Of a DNA stretch of 25,239 nucleotides, positions 14,982 through 24,112 are shown in pieces; the stretch's first letter is position 1, and each line of letters begins with the position of its first letter. Origin of the DNA: Planctomycetota bacterium (GTDB taxonomy: Bacteria > Planctomycetota > Planctomycetia > Planctomycetales > Planctomycetaceae); the NCBI GenBank assembly GCA_041177585.1, contig JBEDAZ010000544.1:1-25239 (forward strand), given 5' to 3'. The position numbers and the translations under genes are program-made. The notes under the pieces were generated by a model, which searched no databases, was not told the origin of the DNA, and saw only the letters and a program-made list of their open reading frames with translations.

Positions 14982-17418
14982 GCAGCGTTTGACGGGGCGA
15001 TTGATTAGGGGGCGTTCCTCTGCAGCGGCTTGGGCGGGGGGGAGTTCGAGCGACCTTATTCCGCAGATCCTGACGGTGTTACTGGGGATACTTGGGGGTT
15101 TGATCTTTCTGCTGACGGACGCGGATGGTAATCGTGGAGAGGCAGAGGTCTGGTTGCAGTGGGGTCTTGAGTCTCTGGTCGTCGTAGGTGCTGCTTATGC
15201 AGTGCATCGGAATCGGGTTTGGTTTGAACAGCATCCGGTGCAAATGCCCGTGGTATTAGGTGTGTTGATTTTGAGTTTGTTGTGGGAGCCGTTGCAGAGG
15301 CTGTTGCTGGGGACGGGACGTCCCTTTGAGATGTTGGTGATGCACAGTCAGAAGAATGTGATGCTGGCGCTGGCTGCGACGGCGATGGCTGTGGGATTCA
15401 GGCGTTTGAGTGTGTTTATCGGTGTGGCGATTTGTATTTTTTGCTGCGCGATGACTCGGGATAATCGCGTGATCTGGTTTTCGGCCATGTATGGGGTTCT
15501 GTCGATCAGCTGGCTGATGGCGTGTTACTGGAGTGGTTTGCAGGGGCGCATGTTGCCTGGGCAGAGGACTCGTTTACCGTTGCGATGGATATTTGCAGCG
15601 CCGGCATTGGGACTCCTGACGGCAGCGGGATCCGCGGGAGGCGGCCGTGAGCTGATTTCTTCGGCGCGAGGATTTCTGCCGGGTTCCGGGGGTGACGGGG
15701 ATTACAGTGAGTTTTCGCGGGGTGGGGTGAATGACGGTGAGAGCCTTGTAGCGGGTGAGAATGACATTCGGAGTTTTGGTCCTCTGGAAGATGCGCCTTT
15801 TGCGGATTCAGAGAAGCCTTCGCTGTATGATGTGGTGAATGATCAGTTTGACGAGCCGGTACGGAGGAACCGTCAGTTTCAGCCGGCGATTGCATTGCCA
15901 CCGGAGATGATGGCGGAGGTGAAGGATCGTCTGAGTCGTGTGCAGCAGGCTGGCCGGGAGTTTTCGCTGGTGCGTCGTCGGTCTTCTGCGGAGCGCCGCC
16001 GTGCAAAGTCCATTTCGAGTGCTGCGATGTTTTACGTTGCCGGCCGGGCACCGCTGCATTTGCGAACGGAGGTTTATGATGTTTTTGATGGAGTGAACTG
16101 GCATCCGGTTGGCAGCCCGACTGATGGATTGCCTTTGCATCTGGTGGAGAGTGGTGGCCGGCCGTGGCTGCGATTGCCACAGGGCCCAAGGGGTCTCGAC
16201 TTGTTTACTCACACGGATCTTCACGTGGTTCGCCCTGTGAACCTGAAGTCACCTGTGATACCTGGTCCACCGGGGCTGCGTCAGTTACACATTGACCGGG
16301 TGGACCGTCCCGACATGTTTATGTGGCATGCACCAGGTGTTGTGCGTTTGACGGGGGATTCCATACCTGAGCTGGTGGCGATTCATTTGCAGTCTGATGT
16401 CATGGATCCTGCGCGATTGCGCGAGGGGCGACTGCCGATGAATTCGCAGGGCCGGGAGATGCTTGAGCAAACGCTGCCTGCAGGGGAAGAGTTGGCTGAG
16501 TTACGTCGATTGGCGGTGGAATGGACAGCGGAGACGCCACGAGGCATGGCCCAGGTTGATGAAATCTGCGATCACCTGCGGAGTGAGTTTGCTCTGATGC
16601 GCGGAATGCCGATTGATGAGCAGAGTGAGTCTCCGATCAGGGATTTTCTCCGCGTGCGGCGCGGTCCGGAGTATTTGTTTGCGTCAACTGCGGCGTTGAT
16701 GTTGCGGAGCCTTGGTTACGCAACGCGTCTGGTTTCTGGGTTTTACGTGCGTCCAGAGCGTTACGAGTCACAGCGTCGGCAAACACCGGTACTTGGCGAG
16801 GATGTGCATTTCTGGTGCGAGGTATTGGCGGGTCCGAGCACATGGGCGACGGTGGAAGCTTGTCCCGGTTACGAGGTGGAGGGACCTCCACCTGGGCTAT
16901 GGCAGCGTTTCTCCGTCGTAATGTGGGGTGTCATGAGTTCTGTGATTCGCAACTGGACATTGTGGAGTGTGATGTGTGTGGTGTTATGGGTGTTATTTTG
17001 GCAGAGGGCCTGGTGGATTGACGGGATTCGGACTGCAGTCTGGCGTCTGTTTCCCGCATCGACGGTTTGGGGCCGAGTGCGGCAAACGGTGCGGCTGTTG
17101 GAGGGAAGGCTGATTCTGGCTGGCTTGAAGCGACCTGCGCATATCACGCTGCGGCGGTGGCTGAATGGGCTGCCATTTCAGGAACAGGAGGCTGTGCGGC
17201 AGTTGGTGGCGCTGGCGGATGCAGCGGCATTTGGTGTGGGCGTCGAAGGGGACTACGTGGTGGCAGCCGGCGTGGGCGATATCCGGGTGAGTTGTGTCGA
17301 GCTGCAGCGTCAGCTGAATCTGAGGCGTTGCCGGGCGGCAGCGCGTGAGCGGCAAACGGCACTTCGATCCGGAGCTGAGAGGTCTTCGGGCGTATGGATT
17401 GGGAGGTCAGCGAAATGA
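14971..17418 (+). CDS. Transglutaminase-like domain membrane protein (TgpA/DUF3488-type architecture), catalytic Cys apparently absent, 815 aa
   Basis: N-terminal multi-TM region; LHLRTEVYDVFDGVNW; GPEYLFASTAALMLRSLGYATRLVSGF and HFWCEV, W..VEA.PG core; C-terminal TM and tail. Overlaps the DUF58 gene by 11 nt. Confidence 0.88.
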   Translation: MSAEQRLTGRLIRGRSSAAAWAGGSSSDLIPQILTVLLGILGGLIFLLTDADGNRGEAEVWLQWGLESLVVVGAAYAVHRNRVWFEQHPVQMPVVLGVLILSLLWEPLQRLLLGTGRPFEMLVMHSQKNVMLALAATAMAVGFRRLSVFIGVAICIFCCAMTRDNRVIWFSAMYGVLSISWLMACYWSGLQGRMLPGQRTRLPLRWIFAAPALGLLTAAGSAGGGRELISSARGFLPGSGGDGDYSEFSRGGVNDGESLVAGENDIRSFGPLEDAPFADSEKPSLYDVVNDQFDEPVRRNRQFQPAIALPPEMMAEVKDRLSRVQQAGREFSLVRRRSSAERRRAKSISSAAMFYVAGRAPLHLRTEVYDVFDGVNWHPVGSPTDGLPLHLVESGGRPWLRLPQGPRGLDLFTHTDLHVVRPVNLKSPVIPGPPGLRQLHIDRVDRPDMFMWHAPGVVRLTGDSIPELVAIHLQSDVMDPARLREGRLPMNSQGREMLEQTLPAGEELAELRRLAVEWTAETPRGMAQVDEICDHLRSEFALMRGMPIDEQSESPIRDFLRVRRGPEYLFASTAALMLRSLGYATRLVSGFYVRPERYESQRRQTPVLGEDVHFWCEVLAGPSTWATVEACPGYEVEGPPPGLWQRFSVVMWGVMSSVIRNWTLWSVMCVVLWVLFWQRAWWIDGIRTAVWRLFPASTVWGRVRQTVRLLEGRLILAGLKRPAHITLRRWLNGLPFQEQEAVRQLVALADAAAFGVGVEGDYVVAAGVGDIRVSCVELQRQLNLRRCRAAARERQTALRSGAERSSGVWIGRSAK

Positions 17419-18374
17419 TTGTGGCGGAGTCAGTGTGCTCTCTGGAGGGTGTGGATATAGCGGCCGTTGAGTGCCTGCGGAAGCGCCTGAATCTGGCGTT
17501 ACGGGGGAAGCCGGAGGTGGTGGAGTTTGTGATTCTTGGTCTTTTGGCAAACGGTCATTTGCTGCTTGAGGACAAGCCGGGGCTGGGCAAGACGACATTA
17601 GCGAAGGCTTTGGCGCACGCGATTGGCGGCCGATTCGCGCGTTGTCAGTGCACGCCGGACTTGCTGCCGGCGGATATCACGGGCTTCAGTTTATTCAATC
17701 AGAAGACTCAGGAGTTTGAGTTCCGGGAGGGTCCGGTCTTTGCGGATGTGTTGCTGGCGGACGAAATCAATCGTGCGACTCCGCGGACGCAGAGTGCTTT
17801 GCTGGAGGCGATGGCGGAGCGGCAGGTGACGGTGGATGCGCGGCGTTATCCGCTCAGTGCGCAGTTTCTGGTGATCGCGACTCAAAATCCCGTTGACCAG
17901 CATGGAACATGGCCTTTGCCAGAGGCGCAGTTGGATCGATTTTCGATGAGGTTGAGCATTGGATATCCGGCGGCGGAGGAGGAGTCGGAGATGCTGTTGC
18001 AGGCGACTCAGGGACAGTGCAGTTCAGTCGACGCGCAATCACTATTTGAGCCTGGGCAGCTTGCTCGGATGCAGTCTTCAGTAACAGGAGTTTCTGCGGC
18101 GGCATCTGTTAGAGATTACATGGTGCGTTTAGCTGGGGCCACGCGTCGCCACCCGGCGGTGCCATTGGGATTAAGTCCACGTGGACTACTCACCTGGCTG
18201 CGAGTTTCTCAGGCGCGGGCATGGGTTCAGGGGCGTAAGTTTGTATCGCCGGACGACATTCAGGACACGGCGGTTGCGGTGCTGAACGTTCGGCTGGGGG
18301 TGGGGTTTCAGGAGTGTCGGGGCGTGGTGGAGGAGATACTGAGTCAAACGCCGGTACCGGAGTATGATCGATGA
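17415..18374 (+). CDS. MoxR-family AAA+ ATPase, ~319 aa
   Basis: Walker A LLEDKPGLGKTT, QCTPDLLPADITG, Walker B LLADEINRATPRTQSALLEAMAE, IATQNP, LPEAQLDRF, GLSPRG. ATG 17415 overlaps the upstream TGA (ATGA) and has GGAGG upstream. Confidence 0.96.
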   Translation: MIVAESVCSLEGVDIAAVECLRKRLNLALRGKPEVVEFVILGLLANGHLLLEDKPGLGKTTLAKALAHAIGGRFARCQCTPDLLPADITGFSLFNQKTQEFEFREGPVFADVLLADEINRATPRTQSALLEAMAERQVTVDARRYPLSAQFLVIATQNPVDQHGTWPLPEAQLDRFSMRLSIGYPAAEEESEMLLQATQGQCSSVDAQSLFEPGQLARMQSSVTGVSAAASVRDYMVRLAGATRRHPAVPLGLSPRGLLTWLRVSQARAWVQGRKFVSPDDIQDTAVAVLNVRLGVGFQECRGVVEEILSQTPVPEYDR

Positions 18375-18916
18375 GTGAATCTGGCTGTCCTGAGCAGTTT
18401 TTCTGGATGCCTCGCGGGAGTGTTCTCAGCTGGGGCATTCTAATGGTTACTCTGGTGTCGGGCTGCGGGAGTGGTGAGCAGTCGATCAACGGAGCATCGG
18501 GACCGTCTGGAGATGGGTCCGTTGCGCAGCGGGTTGTCGACGAGCCAGGGAGTCATGATCACGTGCATGATCACGGGCATCACCGTCCGCGTCATAAGCC
18601 GCGGAGTTTTGATTTGCTTCCGGGTTCTTTGCTGAGGCGGTTACCTGAGGATGGGGACGTTTCGAGACTTAGCCGGCGCCGAATGCGTGAATTGCAGGAG
18701 ATTGTTGGGTGGATACCGGAGTTGGCTGCGGACAGCGAATTAAAGCGGTCGGGCTTTGAGCAGGCAGTGGCTTGTCAGGAGGATTTGCAGGTTGTTTTGT
18801 CGGCGATCGCTTCTGGACGGGATGTAGAGATGCGGTTGTGGTCGGAATCTGTGGAGCGACTGCGGGTACTGGCGGAGTCACTGAAGGGTGTGGAGTCTGG
18901 TGGGCAGCGGGAGTAA
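18371..18916 (+). CDS. His-rich putative lipoprotein, 181 aa (or ~169 aa from Met13)
   Basis: Lipobox LVSGC after a hydrophobic stretch; HDHVHDHGHHRPRHKP tract; helical C-terminal half; ATGA overlap with the MoxR stop. Confidence 0.78.
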   Translation: MSESGCPEQFFWMPRGSVLSWGILMVTLVSGCGSGEQSINGASGPSGDGSVAQRVVDEPGSHDHVHDHGHHRPRHKPRSFDLLPGSLLRRLPEDGDVSRLSRRRMRELQEIVGWIPELAADSELKRSGFEQAVACQEDLQVVLSAIASGRDVEMRLWSESVERLRVLAESLKGVESGGQRE

Positions 18917-18922
18917 GGGGCG

Positions 18923-20458
18923 ATGGTTTCAGAGATGCTGTTTGGGTTTGCGTTTCGGTTTTTGGTGAGTTTGGTGGAGGCTGCGCCATTTCTGTTAGCA
19001 GGATTGATGACGGCAGCCGTTTTGAGACGGTTTTTTGGTTTGGAGGGGACTCGTAGTCTTTTTGGCGAGGGGACTCGTTGGGGGTTACTGCGGGCATGGC
19101 TCATTGGAATGTTATTGCCTGTATGTTCGTTGGGTGTGATTCCTGTGATTTATGAGTTGCGACGGGCTGGTGTTCGTGGCGGGACGATCCTTGCGTTTGC
19201 GATGAGTGGACCACTGTTTAATCCGCTATCGCTGTTGTACGGGTTAACATTATCGGAGCCGGTAGCGATCGTTTCTTTTGCGATGTGTTCACTGTTGATC
19301 GTGACAGTAGCGGGCGTGGTTTGGGACTGGTGGTTTCCTGGAACTTCGTGCGAGTTAGTGAACGAGGAGGGGTATGGTGCTGGTTCACGGCGGATGCTGG
19401 CGGTGGCAATTGCGGCTGCGCGGGAGTCTGTTGGGCGATCACTCTGCTGGGTGGGACTGGGCTTGTTTGGCGTGGGTCTGGCGGGAGCGTTTTTGCCTCC
19501 GAACAGTCTGCAGCACACCTTCAACCATGACAATGCGTGGGCGCCGTTTTGGATGACAGGTCTGGCAATACCGGTGTATGCAACGCCGATGCTGGCAATG
19601 ACTCAACTGGGGATGATGTTTCAGCACGCAAATTCCATTGGAGCGGCATTTGTGCTGCTGATCCTGGGTGCGGGCATGAATCTGGGAGTGATGGGTTGGA
19701 CGATATCGGAGTATGGCTGGAGGCGTGGTGTGAGTTGGATGTTGCTGGTAACCGGGATTTCACTGACTCTGGCGGTTCTGGTGGACAAGCCATTGTTTCC
19801 GAAGGACATTGAGCCCGCCGATCATACTCATGCGTTTGACATTTATTGTCGGCCATTCTCCGGGGAGGCGGATGTTTTTTTGTCATTTCGAAGGCGATTG
19901 GAGCGGGACATTGCGCCGTGGCAATGGCGTCCACTGGGGTTACTGGGACTGATGGTCATCGCGGGCATGACGTTGAATCTGGCGGACCGGCGTGGGCGGC
20001 TGGAATTGTGGTTGCGGCGTCCGCAGGCGGCGGCTGGTCCGGGGCCGTATGACATCGAAATCCCCGGTCGAATTCTTGGGCTGATTTCCCTTGCAGGTCT
20101 GCTGGTGATGAGTTTGGCGGGTTGCTACGCCTGGTACCCGGCTCCGGCGGATTGTCTTGAGGCGATGACCGATGCGAGGATTGGGGCTTTGAGTGCGGCA
20201 TTGGCGCTGGATCATTCTGAGACGAAGTACTGGTCAGAACGATACGACGACTGGACGCGGAAGATGGAAGTAGGGGCGTGGCTGCGGCAGGGTTCACTTA
20301 GCGAGTATCATCGGTGGAAGTCCCGACTGGTGCGGGAGCAGCTGGAGATGCTTGAGCATGAGGTGGATGATGGGGATCGTGAGCGGGTACAGAAGCGAGT
20401 GACGCAGATTTCGACACTGCACCGGCGGATGAGCGAGGCTTATCGTGAGGAGTTATGA
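18923..20458 (+). CDS. DUF318/ArsP-type permease with C-terminal soluble extension, 511 aa
   Basis: EAAPFLLAGL, GMLLPVCSLGVIPV, GPLFNP, AIPVYATP, GAAFVLLILGAGMNL; DHTHAFD loop motif; 6 nt from the upstream stop. Confidence 0.85.
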   Translation: MVSEMLFGFAFRFLVSLVEAAPFLLAGLMTAAVLRRFFGLEGTRSLFGEGTRWGLLRAWLIGMLLPVCSLGVIPVIYELRRAGVRGGTILAFAMSGPLFNPLSLLYGLTLSEPVAIVSFAMCSLLIVTVAGVVWDWWFPGTSCELVNEEGYGAGSRRMLAVAIAAARESVGRSLCWVGLGLFGVGLAGAFLPPNSLQHTFNHDNAWAPFWMTGLAIPVYATPMLAMTQLGMMFQHANSIGAAFVLLILGAGMNLGVMGWTISEYGWRRGVSWMLLVTGISLTLAVLVDKPLFPKDIEPADHTHAFDIYCRPFSGEADVFLSFRRRLERDIAPWQWRPLGLLGLMVIAGMTLNLADRRGRLELWLRRPQAAAGPGPYDIEIPGRILGLISLAGLLVMSLAGCYAWYPAPADCLEAMTDARIGALSAALALDHSETKYWSERYDDWTRKMEVGAWLRQGSLSEYHRWKSRLVREQLEMLEHEVDDGDRERVQKRVTQISTLHRRMSEAYREEL

Positions 20459-20465
20459 GGAGGCC

Positions 20466-22532
20466 TTATTTTGTGGCGATTTCAGCGCGGAGTTGTTCGA
20501 GGTGTTCGGGATTTGAGCCGGGGTTGAAGTTGAACGAGGCTTCGCGGGCGAGGAGGGCAGCGTGGTTTTGCTGCAGTTTGAATCGGAGGGCTGGGTCGTT
20601 GGCGACGATGTAGATGCCGACGACGTGTATGGAATCTTCGATTTGGACGGCGTGATTTTCGAATCGGGCGTTTGTGTCGTGAACACCGTCAGCATCGATG
20701 CGAAAGACTGAGGCGTTGTTTTGGATCCATGCGGGAAGGGGAAAGGTCCAGCTGCTGCTCCGGGGTTCAAACCGAAAGACGTTGGATTGTGGATCTGGCT
20801 GATAGGCGAGGTCGTGTACCGTGAGGATTGCAGCGTGGGGAGCAGCGAGGACGCTGGTTTCCCAATCGGGCTGTCCGGACTGCTGTCGGAGTTGGCTGAA
20901 GGCGAACTGATCTGCTTCGAGGAGCAGGTGATCGAGGAGGCGGATTTCGCGATTGACACGCGTGATAGGGTCAATGAGATCGGGGAATTTGAGGAGTGCG
21001 GGGATGCTGAGGTTGAACCAATAGAGCGAGGTGATTCGGGAGGCGAGTGCGTGCCATGCCTGAGCGCGGAGTTCATCGGGCGTGGGTGATCCGCGGCGGG
21101 GGCTGAGGAAGCCGCCCCAGCCATCATGAGCGCCCTGTGACCAGTAGGCGATCGCTCTGGGGCGATTGAGTTCTCTGAGGCTGCGTGTCATTTCGCTGAT
21201 GGTTTCGAGGGGGGCGCCCCAGCGAATGGATTTGCCATTCCAGCGGTTGTAGCGGGACCACGAATCGGCGGCGGGTGCGATTACGCGATAGGCATCATAG
21301 TGAGGGTGATCGGAGAGTCCGGCGTAAAATCGCCAGGTTCGTTCTTCGCTGAGTGTGACGGAGGTGTGGAGGCGGCTCTTGAAGTAGGGTGCGAGGAGGT
21401 TGCGGACTTCCTGCGGTGGGACAGGGCGGCCGCCGCCATACTGGGGTTCGCCGATGAATTCAACGGCGTGGATCTGAGGGAGAAGTTCGTCGCTGTCGTA
21501 GCGTTTTAGATCTGCGAGTCGGTTGAAGCGTTTGAAAGGGTAGCGATTGAAGAGTTCGGGGTTGTTTGTGTAGCCACCAACCTCTTCGATTTGTCCGGCA
21601 TTGATATGCATGCGGGAGAGCGTTTTCAGGTAGTTTTCGATAGTCAGGCTATTTCGTCCGTTGATATCAGACGCGATCCAGCCACCGCTGATATCAAACT
21701 GTTCGGGGCGGATTTTGAGGCTGGCCCAGAGGGAGTTTTGCGGGGAGTTGCGATCGGTGGTTTTGAGTAGAACTTCGACGGCTGCGTGTGAGCGAGGGAG
21801 GGGCTGGAGTGCAGTGGTGAAGCAGGCGGTGGACTGGGCTTTGATGCGGCGGTCGGCAGGAAAGCAGGTGAGTTGGCTGGCGTCAATCCTGTGCTGGGCG
21901 GAGAGGACGCGGGCATTGCCGCCAGGCTGTGGGAGCCAGAGATTGAGTCCGGCGATTTCGAGATCTGCGGTGCCATTATTGCGGATATGTACGACGACGC
22001 GATTGGCGTTTACGGCGGTGGTTTGGAGGTTACCGGATGGTTCAGCGGCGAGGAATGTTACGGCCGAGAGCCATGCGGAGGGGTTGGGGAGTGTAAAGGG
22101 TATTTGAGGCGCATTCTGGCCGGGCTGAAGGGTATGACTGGTATCGGCGCTCCAGTTACGAGCCTGTCCGTTGAAGGGGATGACGACAAGAGCTTGCGGG
22201 GGTACTTGGGTGGAGTCGTCTTCCCAGAGGACGGGCGTTTCATGCCATGCCCATTCATTTGCCGTGAGGAGTTGTTCCGGAGTTTGGCCATCGAAGAGCC
22301 AGTTATCGCTGCGATTGATGGCGATGTTCTTATTGGAGGGATTGTGGAGGAAGAGTTCGACGCGGGCGGCGAGTTCCGGGGACGGTGGGCGGCGCCACTG
22401 CATAACGGAGGAGACCTGATGAGGAGTGACTGTGACGCCAACGATCTGCTGTGCGCGGGCGTCTGCAGGAGTGGCGATTGAGAGCGAGGCGGTGGTGAGG
22501 AGGAGGAGAAGGCGTCGGGAGGTGTTGGTCAT
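20466..22532 (-). CDS. Large secreted hypothetical protein (Ig-like N-terminal half, possible glycoside-hydrolase-like TIM barrel), ~688 aa
   Basis: Signal peptide MTNTSRRLLLLLTTASLSIATPADARA from ATG 22532, which overlaps the upstream TGA (ATGA). Beta-rich VVVHIRNNGTADLEI; EFIGEPQY, HYDAY, PTPDELRAQAWHALASRITSLYWF. Confidence 0.75.
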   Translation of the reverse strand: MTNTSRRLLLLLTTASLSIATPADARAQQIVGVTVTPHQVSSVMQWRRPPSPELAARVELFLHNPSNKNIAINRSDNWLFDGQTPEQLLTANEWAWHETPVLWEDDSTQVPPQALVVIPFNGQARNWSADTSHTLQPGQNAPQIPFTLPNPSAWLSAVTFLAAEPSGNLQTTAVNANRVVVHIRNNGTADLEIAGLNLWLPQPGGNARVLSAQHRIDASQLTCFPADRRIKAQSTACFTTALQPLPRSHAAVEVLLKTTDRNSPQNSLWASLKIRPEQFDISGGWIASDINGRNSLTIENYLKTLSRMHINAGQIEEVGGYTNNPELFNRYPFKRFNRLADLKRYDSDELLPQIHAVEFIGEPQYGGGRPVPPQEVRNLLAPYFKSRLHTSVTLSEERTWRFYAGLSDHPHYDAYRVIAPAADSWSRYNRWNGKSIRWGAPLETISEMTRSLRELNRPRAIAYWSQGAHDGWGGFLSPRRGSPTPDELRAQAWHALASRITSLYWFNLSIPALLKFPDLIDPITRVNREIRLLDHLLLEADQFAFSQLRQQSGQPDWETSVLAAPHAAILTVHDLAYQPDPQSNVFRFEPRSSSWTFPLPAWIQNNASVFRIDADGVHDTNARFENHAVQIEDSIHVVGIYIVANDPALRFKLQQNHAALLAREASFNFNPGSNPEHLEQLRAEIATK

Positions 22533-24112
22533 GGTTGGGAATTTCTGAGGAGTGGTCGAACGATTTGGCGGATTTCGAGGGGCAGCTGGAAGAGGGGGCG
22601 GGGAGTTGGCCGGGGCGCTTTCAGGACATTGACGGCGGCGACGAGGCATTGCAGGGGGACATGCAGGTCATCGCAGGGTTGCGGGATTTGGTTCCATGCG
22701 CTGAGCCAGGTATTGAGTTGGGAATTTGAAAAGTCGCCCTGATCGAGCACGGCGATGGACTGTGTCAATTCGCGGGCTAATTGTTCGGTTGCATGAGCGT
22801 GGACGCAGGTGATGTGGAGTTCTGCGACACAGTCCCGCCATTCTGCGGGGCCGCGTGCGAGGATGGATGCGATTAAGTTGCGATGGTAGTTGTTGGGAAC
22901 GTATTCGGCTATGCAATCCTGTGGTGGATCCGGCTGATGGGGCATGGTTTGGTGGAACCATGCTTTGAGAAAGCGGGTGGTTTTCCGAAACGGCTGAATG
23001 AATCGGTTTTGCAGGTTAAGGCAGAGCCGCATCAGGGGGTCTGCAAGTTCATAGTAGGATTCCTTCCCGCATTGTTCGCTGCGGACGAGTTGTTTGGATT
23101 TGAGATTTCCGAGTTGTTTGGAGCAATTGCCGACGGGGATAAATGTTTCTTCGGCGACTTCTTTCACGGTGATTGCTCCGGGGGCTCTGCAGAGCGTCTG
23201 GATCAGTTGTCTTTGTTGATTGGGAAGCGAGCGGATTTGTTCCTGATAGCGGGGCAGGATTGATTCTGCGAGCCGTTCGAGGGCAGTGGATGTATCGTCG
23301 AGAAGTTCCGGTGTGAGGAATTCAGCGAGCGTTGTGAGGACACGCGGATTGCCTGCTGCGAGGTGATGGAGGGCGTTAATGCGGTATGTGGCCAACGGGG
23401 AGTCAAGAAACTGGACGAGTTCGTCGTTTTTCTGTGCGGTGGCGATTTTTCGAAGGAGGAGTGCGGTTTCATTTTGGCTGAGTATGGCAAGGTGCTTGAT
23501 ATCGAAGAAACCGAAGAAGGGTTGATTGCGATTTGAGACGTCGTTGAAGAGTTGTGTGGCTGTGGTGAGAGTGGCGATGCGGCGGGTTTCCTGGAGGAAT
23601 GCGCGAAGTTTTTTCTGTCCGGAATCACCGATTCCCTGAAGCGTTTGATCGAGGTTTTCTGTGACGAGCAGCAGGTGTCGATTGTGGAGGTGTTGCAGTG
23701 TGCGGTGGAGGATTGCGAGGGCGGCATCGTCATGAGGCAGGCCGCGGAATTCCGCTTTGAAGTCTCGGGGAAATTCGCTGGGGTATGAGTCGGCGAGATC
23801 CTGAGCGATGGCGATGGCGAGATGTATGAGTCCGGAGAATGCGTCTTCTTCACCGAGCCATGCGATGCGCATGGAATCCGCGAGGTGGGTGTTTTGTTTC
23901 AGCCTTGCGACAGCAAGGGCGGCGAGGTGAGTTTTACCGATCCCTGGGGCACCGACGAGGAGGATGTGGTGCTTGTTATTGGAAGACATGCTGATGGCGA
24001 GGCGGTCGAGGATTTGCTGGAGCAGTCGTTCGCGTTGAACGAAGATCTGATTCAGCAGATCCGGCGGCATATTGGCGGGAGTATTTGGGTGGATACGGGC
24101 GATGTGGTTCAT
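22529..24112 (-). CDS. STAND-like P-loop ATPase with winged helix-turn-helix, ~527 aa
   Basis: Walker A ILLVGAPGIGKT, Walker B LLLVTENLD, LAAGNPRVL (GxP), wHTH ITVKEVAEETFIPVGNCSKQLGNLKSKQLV...YYELADPL. Start ATG 24112 overlaps the upstream TGA (ATGA). Confidence 0.85.
   Translation of the reverse strand: MNHIARIHPNTPANMPPDLLNQIFVQRERLLQQILDRLAISMSSNNKHHILLVGAPGIGKTHLAALAVARLKQNTHLADSMRIAWLGEEDAFSGLIHLAIAIAQDLADSYPSEFPRDFKAEFRGLPHDDAALAILHRTLQHLHNRHLLLVTENLDQTLQGIGDSGQKKLRAFLQETRRIATLTTATQLFNDVSNRNQPFFGFFDIKHLAILSQNETALLLRKIATAQKNDELVQFLDSPLATYRINALHHLAAGNPRVLTTLAEFLTPELLDDTSTALERLAESILPRYQEQIRSLPNQQRQLIQTLCRAPGAITVKEVAEETFIPVGNCSKQLGNLKSKQLVRSEQCGKESYYELADPLMRLCLNLQNRFIQPFRKTTRFLKAWFHQTMPHQPDPPQDCIAEYVPNNYHRNLIASILARGPAEWRDCVAELHITCVHAHATEQLARELTQSIAVLDQGDFSNSQLNTWLSAWNQIPQPCDDLHVPLQCLVAAVNVLKAPRPTPRPLFQLPLEIRQIVRPLLRNSQP

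Noticed and set aside
20459-20465. Terminator between the permease and the convergent secreted-protein gene
   Set aside because: The gap is only 7 nt and I see no hairpin with a U-tract.
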